Assembly: GCA_002269645.1 (NCBI GenBank)
Contig: NIVC01004390.1
Coordinates: forward strand, 1-47,486
Length of the DNA: 47,486 bases
Source of the DNA: Macrostomum lignano
Taxonomy: Eukaryota
Direction of reading: 5' to 3'
The translations under genes and the position numbers were made by a program. Below, piece by piece: positions 37,003-47,486 of the stretch. Below the pieces are notes generated by a model. That model ran no database searches and had not been told where the DNA came from. It saw nothing but the letters and a program-made list of their open reading frames with translations. The stretch's first letter is position 1, and each line of letters begins with the position of its first letter.

Positions 37003-37918
37003 CACAGCGCGCAGGAGCTGCGTGTAAGGGTTAAAAAAATCTAGTACAAAGCGACCTGCTTTATTGTGTTCACCATTACTTGGTAAGTATTTTTCTAGAG
37101 TTTTTAAAAAATCTGCCGATGTCAAGCTCCACAATCAGTAAATTATTCAATTAGCATTAATTGCATGGCGAAAGGTCTAAACAAGTCATGATTTTTAACC
37201 AAGGACCATTGATTTTTTAAATTAAAGGCAAAATACACACCCATGAGTGCGTACCCCCAAGCCCCAAGGCACAGTGTACATGCATGACGAATTGCGAAAG
37301 CTGAGGCGCCATACACCCCTAAGTGCGCATGATCAACCTCTATCAGTGTAGGGTCAGTTGCGTCACCGAAAAAATGAAGTGCATTTAGCGTCACTCTCTG
37401 ACAGGCAGATTTTTTGTTTTTGAGCTATATAAATGATTAATTTAGCATAAATCAGCTCATCTCAGCATTTAGGAATTGAAAAGCCTTGAACTGAACACCA
37501 CCATGCCAAACTACTCAAAATCTCACGAAGAGAACCAGCTGAAGGTCTGCCTTGTGTGCTTTAAGCGCGGGTCAGGCATGCAGCGCATTGACAAAGCAGC
37601 TCTACCTCGCATCCAGCGGTACTTTTATGCAAACTACGATTTGAAGAACGAGTTTCTCCCAGCTGCTCTGTGTGCTCGATGCCAGGGTCTGCTGCTGGAT
37701 ATTGAACGGGGGAATCGAACTTCTGAAGCTCTTCCTGCCCCTTTTGATTTTTCAAAAGTCGTACCGACAAAGGAAACAAGGGGCCACCCGAAGTGCAGCT
37801 GCTGTCTCTGTGAGATTGCCAGAGAAAGTCCAATCGGCAAAGGACTCGGCACCTGGAAGCCGGAGCCGCATCGCCTTGGCAGACCGAAAACCGATTCGCC
37901 AAACAAGGAGGTGCCACC
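37003..37918 (+). mobile_element. 5' part of a Chapaev/CMC-like DNA transposon
   Basis: Sharp junction with CACAG at 37003 (CAC termini typify CMC/Transib elements), followed by a Cys/His-rich transposase-like N-terminus. Confidence 0.55.
37503..37918 (+). pseudogene. Interrupted transposase N-terminus with Chapa-type zinc finger
   Basis: MPNYSKSHEENQLKVCLVC (H-x7-C-x2-C) ... YDLKNEFLPAALCARC ... CSCCLCEIAR; cut at an AGTAGT junction. Confidence 0.6.
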
Positions 37919-38081
37919 AGTAGTATATAAAACTAGCAATCTTCGCCCCCCGATGGGGGACATCTGGATAGAATCTCTGTTCTCTACAAGTAACAAAAAG
38001 ACAGCCAGAAAATCCTTCACAAAGACAACAGACAAACTGCTCAAATGAAGTGAATTGCAATAAGAAATCTTCCCAAGACCA

Positions 38082-38706
38082 CAAGCATCCCCCAGATAGC
38101 AAGCATTCCCCAGATAGCAAGCATCCCTCAAATAGCAAGCATCCCCCAGATAGCAAGCATCCCCCAGATAGCAAGCATCCCCCAGATAGCAAGCATCCCC
38201 CAGATAGCAAACATCCCCCAGATAGCAAGCATCCCCCAGATAGCAAGCATTCCCCAGATAGCAAACATTCCCAGATAGCAAGCATTCCCCAGATAGCAAG
38301 CATCCCTCAGATAGCAAGCATACCCCAAATAGCAAGCATCCCTCAGATAGCAAGCATCCCTCAGATAGCAAGCATCCCCCAGATAGCAAGCATCACTCAG
38401 ATAGCAAGCATCCCTCAGATAGCAAGCATCCACCAGATAGCAAGCATCCCTCAGATAGCAAGCATCCCCCAAATTGCAAGCATCGCCCAGATAGCAAGCA
38501 TCCCCCAGAAAGCAAGCATCCTCCAAATAGCAAGCATCCCCCAGATAGCAAGCATCACTCAGATAGCAAGCATCCCTCAGATAGCAAGCATCCACCAGAT
38601 AGCAAGCATCCCTCAGATAGCAAGCATCCCCCAAATTGCAAGCATCGCCCAGATAGCAAGCATCCCCCAGAAGGCAAGCATCCCCCAAATAGCAACCATC
38701 CACCAG
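38082..38706. repeat. 18-bp satellite inside Helitron copy 2
   Basis: Same unit as 17397-17890. Confidence 0.95.
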
Positions 38707-38804
38707 ACAAAAAGTAGCTAGAGCGACAATTTCCTTAGCTTTATAGTGGCTCCTTTAAATTGGCATGGCGCTTTATACCTTTACATTTGAAATTGTATAT
38801 CTTG

Positions 38805-40865
38805 AATGTTTGACATGGTGGCTCTTTTATGTTTGACATGGTGGCTCTTTATTGTTCGACATGGTGGCTTTTTTATGTTTGACATGGTGGCTCTTGTATG
38901 TTCGACATGGTGGCTCTTTTAATGGTCGACATGGTGGCTCTTTAATGTTCTTCATGTTGGCTCTTTTATGTTTGACATGCTGGCTTTTTTATGTTTGACA
39001 TGGTGGCTCTTTTATGTTCGACATGGTGGCTCTTTTATGTTCTACATGGCTGCTCTTTTATGTTCGACATGGTGGCTCTTGTATGTTCGACATGGTCGCT
39101 CTTTTGGGTTTGAAATGGTGGCTCTTTAATATTTGACAAGGTGGCCCTTTAATGTTTAACATGGTGGCTCTTTAAATTTCGAAATGGTGGCTCCTTAATT
39201 TTCGAAATGGTGGCTGTTTTATGTTTGACATGGTGGCTCTTTAATGTTCGACATGGTGGCTCTTTAATGTTCTTAATGGTGTCTGTTTTATGTTTGACAT
39301 GGTGGCTCTTTATTGTTCGACATGGTGGCTCTTTAATTTTCGAAATGGTGGCTGTTTTATGTTTGACATGGTGGCTCTTTAATATTTGACAAGGTGGCCC
39401 TTTAATGTTTAACATGGTGGCTCTTTAATTTTCGAAATGGTGGCTCCTTAATTTTCGAAATGGTGGCTCTTTTATGTTTGACATGGTGGCTCTTTAATGT
39501 TTGACATGGTGGCTCTTTAATGTTCGACATGGTGGCTCTTTAATGTTCTTAATGGTGTCTGTTTTATGTTCGACATGGTGGCTCTTTTATGTTCGACATG
39601 GTGGCTCTTTAATGTTCGACATGGTGGCTCATTTAGGTTTGAAATGGTGGCTCTTTAATGTTTGACATTGTGGCTCTTTAATATTTGACAAGGTGGCTCT
39701 TTAATGTTCGACATGGTGGCTTCTTAATTTTCGAAATGGTGGCTCCTTAATTTTCGAAATGGTGGCTGCTTTATGTTTGACATGGTGGCTCTTTAATGTT
39801 TGACATGGTAACTCTTTTATGTTTGATATGGTGGCTCTTTTATGTTCGACATGGTGGCTCTTTAATGTTCGACATGGTGGCTCCTTTAGGTTTGAAATGG
39901 TGGCTCTTTAATGTTTGACATTGTGGCTCTTTTATGTTCGACATGGTGGCTCTTTTAGGTTTGACATGGTGACTCTTAAATGTTTGACATGGTGGCTCTT
40001 TAATGTTTCACATGGTGGCTCTTTAATATTTGACATAAAGTCACATATATGTTTGACATGGTGGCTCCTAAATGTTTGACATGGTGGCTCTTTAATGTTC
40101 GACATGGTGGCTCCTTAATTTTCGAAATGGTGGCTCATTAATTTTCGAAATGGTGGCTGCTTTATGTTTGACATGGTGGCTCTTTAATGTTTGACATGGT
40201 AACTCTTTTATGTTTGATATGGTGGCTCTTTTATGTTCGACATGGTGGCTCTTTAATGTTCGACATGGTGGCTCCTTTAGGTTTGAAATGGTGGCTCTTT
40301 AATGTTTGACATTGTGGCTCTTTTATGTTCGACATGGTGGCTCTTTTAGGTTTGACATGGTGACTCTTAAATGTTTGACATGGTGGCTCTTTAATGTTTC
40401 ACATGGTGGCTCTTTAATATTTGACATAAAGTCACATATATGTTTGACATGGTGGCTTCTAAATGTTTGACATGGTGGCTCTTTATGTTTGACATGGTGG
40501 CTCTTTTATGTTCGACATGGTGGATCTTTTTTGTTCTACATGGTAACTCTTTTATGTTTGATACGGTGGCTTTTGAATGTCTGACATGTTGGCTCTTTTA
40601 TGTTTGACATGGTGGCTCTTAATTGTTTGACATAGTGGCTCTTTAATGTTCAAAATGGTGGCTCTTTAATGTTCGAAATGGTGGCTCTTTAATGTTCGAA
40701 ATGGTGGCTGTTTTATGTTTGACATGGTGGCTCTTTTATGTTTGACATGGTGGCTCTTTAATGTTCGACATGGTAGCTCTTTAATGTTCGACATGGTAGC
40801 TCTTTTATGTTTGACATGGTAACTCTTTTATGTTCGATATGTTGGCTCTTCTATGTTTGACATTG
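38805..40865. repeat. About 22-23-bp satellite inside Helitron copy 2
   Basis: Same unit as 17985-19930, with different variant blocks. Confidence 0.95.
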
Positions 40866-40928
40866 CGCTTCTTTGATGTTTAGCAGTTTTGTTGTGTTTT
40901 TAAGGTGTTTTAATAAAAAAATCTTTTT

Positions 40929-40992
40929 GCACTACTATGATTCGAACCCAGGTCGCTACATTAGCATTCCAGTCTGTTCGCATCAGGGCTAT
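40929..40992 (-). other. tRNA-derived / Pol III promoter-like segment inside Helitron copy 2
   Basis: GGTTCGAATC B box retained, followed by an oligo-T run on the minus strand. Confidence 0.5.
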
Positions 40993-42145
40993 CTCTTTTC
41001 AATTGGAGAACATGAATTGTGGCCCTTATAATTCAATTCTTACAGCAAGTCAATTGGAGTAAAAAGTTATGACATAATCAATTTCTCAGTCAGCCAGTAT
41101 CAGTCTCAATTTAAGTTAGCAATATGGTTACGCAATTTAAATCAAGTCGTGTGTGCATTTCTTCGGTACTGTTTTCAACTTGTTGTGATGCAATCTTTAT
41201 CACAATCGGAATTCAGTCAGTCAGTTTTTTCTCTAGCATTCTTACAATGCATTTCAGGTCGAAAGAGCTGCTTGACCTTTGCAAAAAAGCATGTTTTTCG
41301 AATATTTAATCCCTTTAAAATTGAGCAATTTCTTAGCCAAGATGCATGTACCGTCCCAGGAAAATTTCTGATCGAATAATGCAAGTTTGAAGAAAATCGG
41401 TTGAGCCATTTTTTCTGAAATCTATCGCATACCTACCTACCTACCTACCCACAGACAACTCATTTTTAGTATATAGGAAGACGCTTCTAGACCCAGAGCA
41501 CTTTTTTAATGACCGTTTTAAGGGTCTAGAGGGGGGACACGGGGGGTAAATAAAAAAACACATCTAAACACCATTAATACATCTAATCACCCATAATCAC
41601 CCCTAACAATAAAAATCATTCCCAACACTTCCAAACACTCCCCAACACCCCCCTCGCGTCCCCCCTCTTAAGACCTTAAAAACGGCCATTAAAATAAGGT
41701 CTGATCTGTAAGCGTCTTTTTCTATACTACTACTCTATAACCCCTTGCCCGCGCCGCAGGCGCGAAGGGTCACAAAAGAGTTTAAACTGAGTCATGGTAA
41801 TAGTAACACTCAACAAAAAATTACTCTCATAGCCACTATTGGCTAGCTTGCAAAATCTTGCCGTAGCAGGAATTGAACGCCCACTCAGCCATCCAACTCT
41901 ATAAAAACCACAGCCATCAACCCAGTTCTAGCTCATCTCTCAGGAAGAAGAAGACAGGCTCCGCGCGTCACAAGTAAAATGGGGTGCCCACCATCAATGA
42001 ATAAGTTTTTAACAAATCGTCCAGAAAAATTCTGGACGTCCAGAAAAAAATGACTCAATGCAGTATATACACCATCTTGGGTTGAAAAATATTCTTTTGT
42101 GTGTTCTCGTATTCTTTTTTTCTGTTACTAAAAATAGAACAAAAA

Positions 42146-42544
42146 ATGACACACGTTACACATGTGCAAAATATAAATGAGTATCAGGTAGGAGATCCAA
42201 TTGAATACCGAGGTGAGGGACTTTTTGATTTGGTTGGAACAGCAGCAAATTTTGTTAAAGACAATATGGGGCTTATAGGGCAAGCTGGCTCTGCAGCAGG
42301 CTCTATAACAAATGCTGTAAAAGGAGGAATTGAAGCAGCTAGAGCGGCAGAAGAACTAAAGAAATTGAGAGATTTTAACGACACCCTCTCACAAATAAAT
42401 GCAATAAAAGATTTAAAGCTGGCACAAGCCGCACAACCAACAGAAACCCCCACGAAAACCACGCCAATAAGTAATAAAGATATTCAGGATTTTAATAAAA
42501 TGTTAAATACTATTAAAGGTGGAAAAGGATTAAAGAAATTTTAA
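42146..42544 (+). CDS. Polinton ORF A, 132 aa, putative virion core / protein-VI-like amphipathic precursor
   Basis: YRGEG-LFDLVGTAANFVKDNMGLIGQAGSAAGSITNAVKGG amphipathic segment; C-terminal IKGGKGLKKF. Confidence 0.65.
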   Translation: MTHVTHVQNINEYQVGDPIEYRGEGLFDLVGTAANFVKDNMGLIGQAGSAAGSITNAVKGGIEAARAAEELKKLRDFNDTLSQINAIKDLKLAQAAQPTETPTKTTPISNKDIQDFNKMLNTIKGGKGLKKF

Positions 42545-42554
42545 CAATATAAAA

Positions 42555-43549
42555 ATGGACTCAGTTAATGATGATGAAAACCGGTTATATTTTATAGGAG
42601 AAATTGTAGATACCTTAAATCTTGATGATAATAAGCAAACCCACACAATGTTAAAAAGATTGGATCGATTAGGTAAAAAGTTTGACTACGACATCGATAC
42701 ATTTAAACTCGCAGCAAAATATGCACAAGAAGGAAGGCCAATATCCTTTAAGAATCGCGGCAGAAATTATAGGTTGACAGACTCCGATGTGAAATTTTTA
42801 ATGGAGACTCACACTAAAAAGGACGGCGGATTACTACCCATTCTACCGCTTCTTTTAGGACTTGGCGCAGCTGGAGCAGTCGGTTTAGCCGGAAAAAGAA
42901 TTCATGATAATGTAAAACAGCTAGGAGAGTTAAGAGCGAAACAGGGGGGAATCTTACCCTTGCAGCTTTGCTCCCAATAATTTTTGCAGGAATTGGAGCA
43001 GCTGGAGGAGTTGCTGGCGGAGCAGCTGGAATTGCAAAAGCAGTAAATGACAAAAAAGCTGCGGACGAAAAAGCTAAAAGAGAGGCCGAATTTCAAAGAC
43101 AGCAAATAACGCAGGACGCACAATTTAAACAAAAACTTATCGATACAATTAATAGTAGTTCAGCAACAGCCGAGCAAAAAAGAAATGCAGAAGCTAGGTT
43201 ATCAGCTGGAAAAGGTTTACTCTTGCAAGGAACAAATCACGGGAATGGTTTGGTACTAAAAGGAACAACCCAAGGAAGCGGAGTTGTCGCAGATAAACTA
43301 CATGAATTTGGCCAAACTTTAGAAAAAACGGGTGAGAAAGCTAAAGGATTTTTTGACAATATTGGATCCAATTTTAGACCGGCTGTTCAGAAGATTTTTA
43401 CTAAGTTAGGAAAAGATTTTAATATCATTGAAAAACACGACGGAAGCGGATTATATCTCGAAATGCGACCAAAAGCAGGTTCAGGAATTTTCTTAAATTC
43501 AAACGTTATGGGCAATGGATTGCTATTACCAAAAGCAGATCTCGAATAG
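42555..43549 (+). CDS. Polinton ORF B, about 331 aa after a 1-nt correction, pX-like core polyprotein
   Basis: ORFs 42555..42980 and 42968..43549 fuse with one base added at 42957-42961 (GGILPLAALLPIIFAGIGAAGGVAGGAAGIAKAV); repeated GxG(L/I/V) motifs. Confidence 0.7.
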
Positions 43550-43632
43550 GCTCCTGGGGGAGGGTCTGGACACCAAAAACGCAAAATTAAAAAATCAATA
43601 ATTCAAACATTATATAAATTTTATTCTATAAA

Positions 43633-46600
43633 ATGGAAGCAATTTTAGCTCAAATCGACAACCCTGAACTTAGAGCACAATTAATAGCTCAAATCGAAGC
43701 ACAACGAATTGCCGATAGGGCTGAAATAGAAGCAAGAATTAGGGCAGAAAATGAGATACGTTTAGAAAGACAATTAAATGATATTGATAACCTCCAACCA
43801 CAAGGACAAAATGGAGCTGAAGTAATATATATAGATATAGATATAAATACAAATTATAAAGAATATTTTAAACAAATGAAAGATAAATTAAAGACCATAT
43901 TAATCAATTATACTATAAGGCCAAATAACAAACGACAGCCAATTAAGTATAAAATAGAAGTTGAAACAGAATTTTAAAAACCAAATATTCTTAATGCAAA
44001 TTCAGAAATTGAAGTAATAAATAACTTTTCACAAGAATCATATAAAACATTATTATCAATGGGAAATTACAACAATCAATTCGATCAAATAGAAGCTGAG
44101 TTTGATGAATGGATAGATAAGATGACAGAAAACGGATCTGGGTTTATATTTGTATCCTGTAATTCAGCAATAGTAAAGATTGTTCCTATTGAAATTCTTA
44201 AAGGACGATCACATATGAAGCTCAAATTTAAATCACCTATGATTATAAATCCAGACAATAAAGATAATAAATGTTTATTATGGTGTTTATTAATTCATAA
44301 ATATCACAATCAAGTAGAATCACACATTAATAAAATATATAATTATAGACAATATGAGGATGAAATAATAATGAAAAACATATCATACCCAGTAGCAATA
44401 GATGATATATATAAGATTGAAAAAATGAATGGTTTAAATATTAATGTGTTTACAATTGAAGAACCAAAAGATCTAGAAGAAATTTTAACCGATCCAGAAT
44501 GGTATAAGAAAAGGTGTTATCTTGTTAAGCCAGCAACTGATATAACAGCACCAGATCAAATCGATCTTTTGTACATGCAGCGCGAAAATGAAACACATTA
44601 TATATACATAAAAGATATTAGTTCTTTTTTAAGAGAAAATAGAAATAGATATCCACTATGTAGAAATTGTTTTACATTTAAAAAGGATGAAACAGCTCTT
44701 AAAAACCACCAACGATTTTGTTTAGATCACAAATTTACTAATGCTATAATGCCAGCATCTGAAGATGCAACCCTAAAGTTCCAACAACATTATATGGCAG
44801 TTAAAAAACCAATAGTAATATATGCTGATTTTGAAGCAACAAATGTTCCCTTAAAAGAATCACAGACGGCATCTGATGATGGGGATCGTGCAAAGCACGC
44901 GACCTACGGGACGAATGCACAAAAAAATTGGCACAACAGTTTCCGAATAGTTATTGTATATATGTACACTCTGTAGCTGATCATATATTTAAATCAAGGA
45001 TGATTACTTACCACGGTAATGATGCAGCTAAGCACATGGCAGAATCATTAGTAAATGTATTTGAATATATTCAAAATCAATATGATAAATTATCAAAAAA
45101 TATTAATATGACAAATAAGGATAGAGACAATTATAAAAATGCAACAAATTGTTTTATGTGCAAAAGACATTTAAGTAAGAATAATAAGATACGAGAACAT
45201 TGTCATCTAACAGGAAATTATCGAGGGGCAGCATGTAGATCATGTAATGCAAAAGAAGGAAAAGGATGTAAGGAAATACCAGTATTTTTTCATAATGGTT
45301 CCGGATATGATTTTCATTTCTTAGTTCGAGAATTGCTTCATTTAGGAAAGGATGAATATGAAATAAATATATTACCTAAAACATCAGAAAATTACATATC
45401 AATAACATATGGTAAGAAATACTCCCATCTAGTTTTTCTAGATTCCTTGAGATTCTTATCAACATCTTTAGCAAATGTTGTTTCATCATTAGTTCCAAAA
45501 CCATGGGATTTAGAAATAGTAAAGAAAAACTTTCCAATACTATTGAATCGTTTCAAAAAAGAAAAACTATCCGAGGAAGAACTAATGCTATTAACTCGTA
45601 AGGGCATCTATCCATATGAATATGTAACATCTGAAGACGTATTTTTTCATACCGAATTACCGCCCATAGAAAAGTTTTATTCACATTATCACAATCAAAT
45701 ATAAGTGAATCGGATTATGAACACGCTCAAAAAGTATGGAAATACTTTAATTGTAAAACATTTAAAGATTATCATAATCTATATCTTAAAGCAGATGTTC
45801 TCCTATTAGCTGATGCATTTGAAAACTTTAGGAATCATACATATGAGAATTTTAAAATTGATCCCGCATATTGTTTCAGTGCACCGGGATTAACATGGGC
45901 TTGTGGTTTGAAACATACAGATGTTAAGATTGATTTACTAACTGATCATGATATGTTGTTAATGATTGAGAGAGGAATTCGCGGCGGATTCTCGGGTGTA
46001 CTAGGAGATAGATATACTAAAGTAAATAATAAATATCTACCAAATTATAATAAAAAAGAAAAATCATCATATGTATTATATCTAGATGCAAACAATTTAT
46101 ACGGTGGTTGTATGAAACAAAAATTACCAATAGCTGATTTCCAATGGGAAGATGACCCGATTATTACAAAAATATTCCCGAAGGAAGGGGCTGTATTGTA
46201 GAGGTGGATTTGCAATATACTCGGGAAGCAAAAGCAAAAACATATAAATATCCTTTAGCTCCAGAGCATTGTTCAGTTAATGAAGATGATTTATCACAAA
46301 CACAAAAAGATTATCTTAAAGTAGATAATGCAAAACATCTAGCAACAAAAAAATTAATATTAAATTTACATGATAAGAAAAACTATGTAGTGCATTATAA
46401 GCTTCTACAATTTTATGAAAAGCAGGGATTAAAAGTGTCTAAAGTACATCGAACAATATCGTTTATTGAGGAAGATTGGTTAGCTAAATATTTGATTTAA
46501 ATTCAAATCAGAGACAGATGTCAAAAACAAATTTTGAGAAAGATTATTGGAAATTAATGAATAATGCTTTTTATGGAAAAACGGTTGAAAATATTAGAGA

Positions 46601-47391
46601 TAGAACCCAATTCCATTTAGAAAAGGATATTGATAAAGCAAAGAAATATTTTCTCAAACCTAACTTTAAAGACTTTATAAAATTTGATGATAACTTTATG
46701 GGTATTCATATGAGAAATAAAACAACAAAATTTCTTAACCAATATTTATTGGAATGGTTGTTTTAGATTATGCAAAGCTGGTAATGTATGAATATTATTA
46801 TGATGTTATATAATAAAACATGGCCAGATAACTATCCAATATATGCAGACACCGACAGTTTGGTATTTAAGGTTGAAACAGAGGATCGGAAAGTCCGCGA
46901 ACCAAAGGTTCGATGTCTATAAAAGATATGGAAAAAATTAAGGATACATTGGATACCTCGACTATCCGGATAACCATCCTTTAAAATCAGATCAAAATAA
47001 AAAAGTTGTACTTAAAATGAAAGATGAATTAAATAGCAAAATCATAACCGAGTTTATAGCAATAAGATCAAAAATGCTATGCATTTAAAGTTTAGGACAG
47101 GAGGAGAGGTAAAAAAAATAAAAGGGGTATCAAGGCAGCAGTAAAAGATAACATTTGATGATTATAAAAACGTACTTTTAGATTACCTTAATACAATTGA
47201 AAATTTCATGCTCCACAATATCGATTAAATTCAGATAAGCATCAGATGTTTGTCATCGAGACAATAAAAAAACATTAAGTCCATTTGATGATAAAGATAT
47301 TTAGATGATAAATTAAACATATCCATATGGTTTAAAAGAAGAGATAAAAAATATGATAAAGATAAAAACAAAAAGAAGATATAATAAGTAA
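43633..47391 (+). CDS. polB: Protein-primed family B DNA polymerase (pPolB), Polinton type, with at least seven apparent indels/stops
   Basis: NGSGF, INPDNKDNKCLLW, IYADFEA (ExoI), CFMC..REHCHLTGNYRGAACRSCN, FHNGSGYDFHF (ExoII), RKGIYPYEY, YLKADVLLLADAFENFR (ExoIII), GIRGG, YLDANNLYG (46079-46105), KLMNNAFYGKT, YADTDS (46842-46859), KMKDE, PFDDK. 3' end approximate. Confidence 0.95.
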
Positions 47392-47486
47392 ATATAATGA
47401 ATACAAAGCGGCAATAAATAATTATTATTACGATTGTGATTGTGAATCCGAATGTGATTGTGAATATAATACATTTCTAGAATATT

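Larger units (their letters stand above)
37933..41478 (-). mobile_element. Non-autonomous Helitron, copy 2 (about 3.55 kb)
   Basis: Same TC...hairpin-CTAG ends and internal order as copy 1; T|T target; (CCTA)n expansion at about 41431-41449. Confidence 0.85.
37919..47486 (+). mobile_element. Polinton/Maverick (adintovirus-like) element, left part; terminus split by a Helitron, truncated by window end
   Basis: pPolB plus core-like ORFs (strong). Left terminus reconstructs as AGTAGTATATAAAA+AGACGCTT once 37933-41478 is removed (moderate). AT-rich intronless co-oriented ORFs. Confidence 0.8.

Noticed and set aside
37634-38721. LGDACY / QIASIP ORFs
   Set aside because: Translations of the 18-bp Helitron satellite.
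41478-41718. Stand-alone MITE with AAGACGCTT termini
   Set aside because: No TSD; the match extends across the Helitron to 37919, so it is better explained as part of the Polinton end (not fully excluded).
42184-45607. Minus-strand ORFs over the Polinton genes
   Set aside because: Antisense shadows of the plus-strand viral ORFs.

Overview
Eukaryotic (metazoan-type) genomic window saturated with unrelated micro- and minisatellites. Two spliced host genes lie head-to-head. One is an AKAP1/Spoonbill-like KH+Tudor gene (minus strand, 4 coding exons, 15600->9140). The other is a GT32 (SUR1/OCH1-like DXD) glycosyltransferase (plus strand, 3 exons, 27252->33392). Mobile DNA includes a hAT MITE with an 8-bp TSD, a TA-TSD fold-back MITE, and two copies of a non-autonomous Helitron that carries two internal satellites and a tRNA-like cassette. 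The right end looks like a three-level nest. A Chapaev-like transposon (starts CACAG at 37003) is cut at 37918 by a Polinton/Maverick (adintovirus-like) element whose AGTAGT terminus is itself split after 14 bp by Helitron copy 2. The Polinton part encodes two Gly-Gly/GxG-motif virion-core-like proteins and a protein-primed DNA polymerase B, and runs off the window end. Most long ORFs in the supplied track are repeat artefacts. Single-base slips, mostly in short homopolymers and also present in the host AKAP1-like gene, suggest long-read consensus errors. All assignments come from motif recognition by eye; no searches were run. The repeat-saturated style is reminiscent of flatworm (Macrostomum-type) assemblies, which is inference only.
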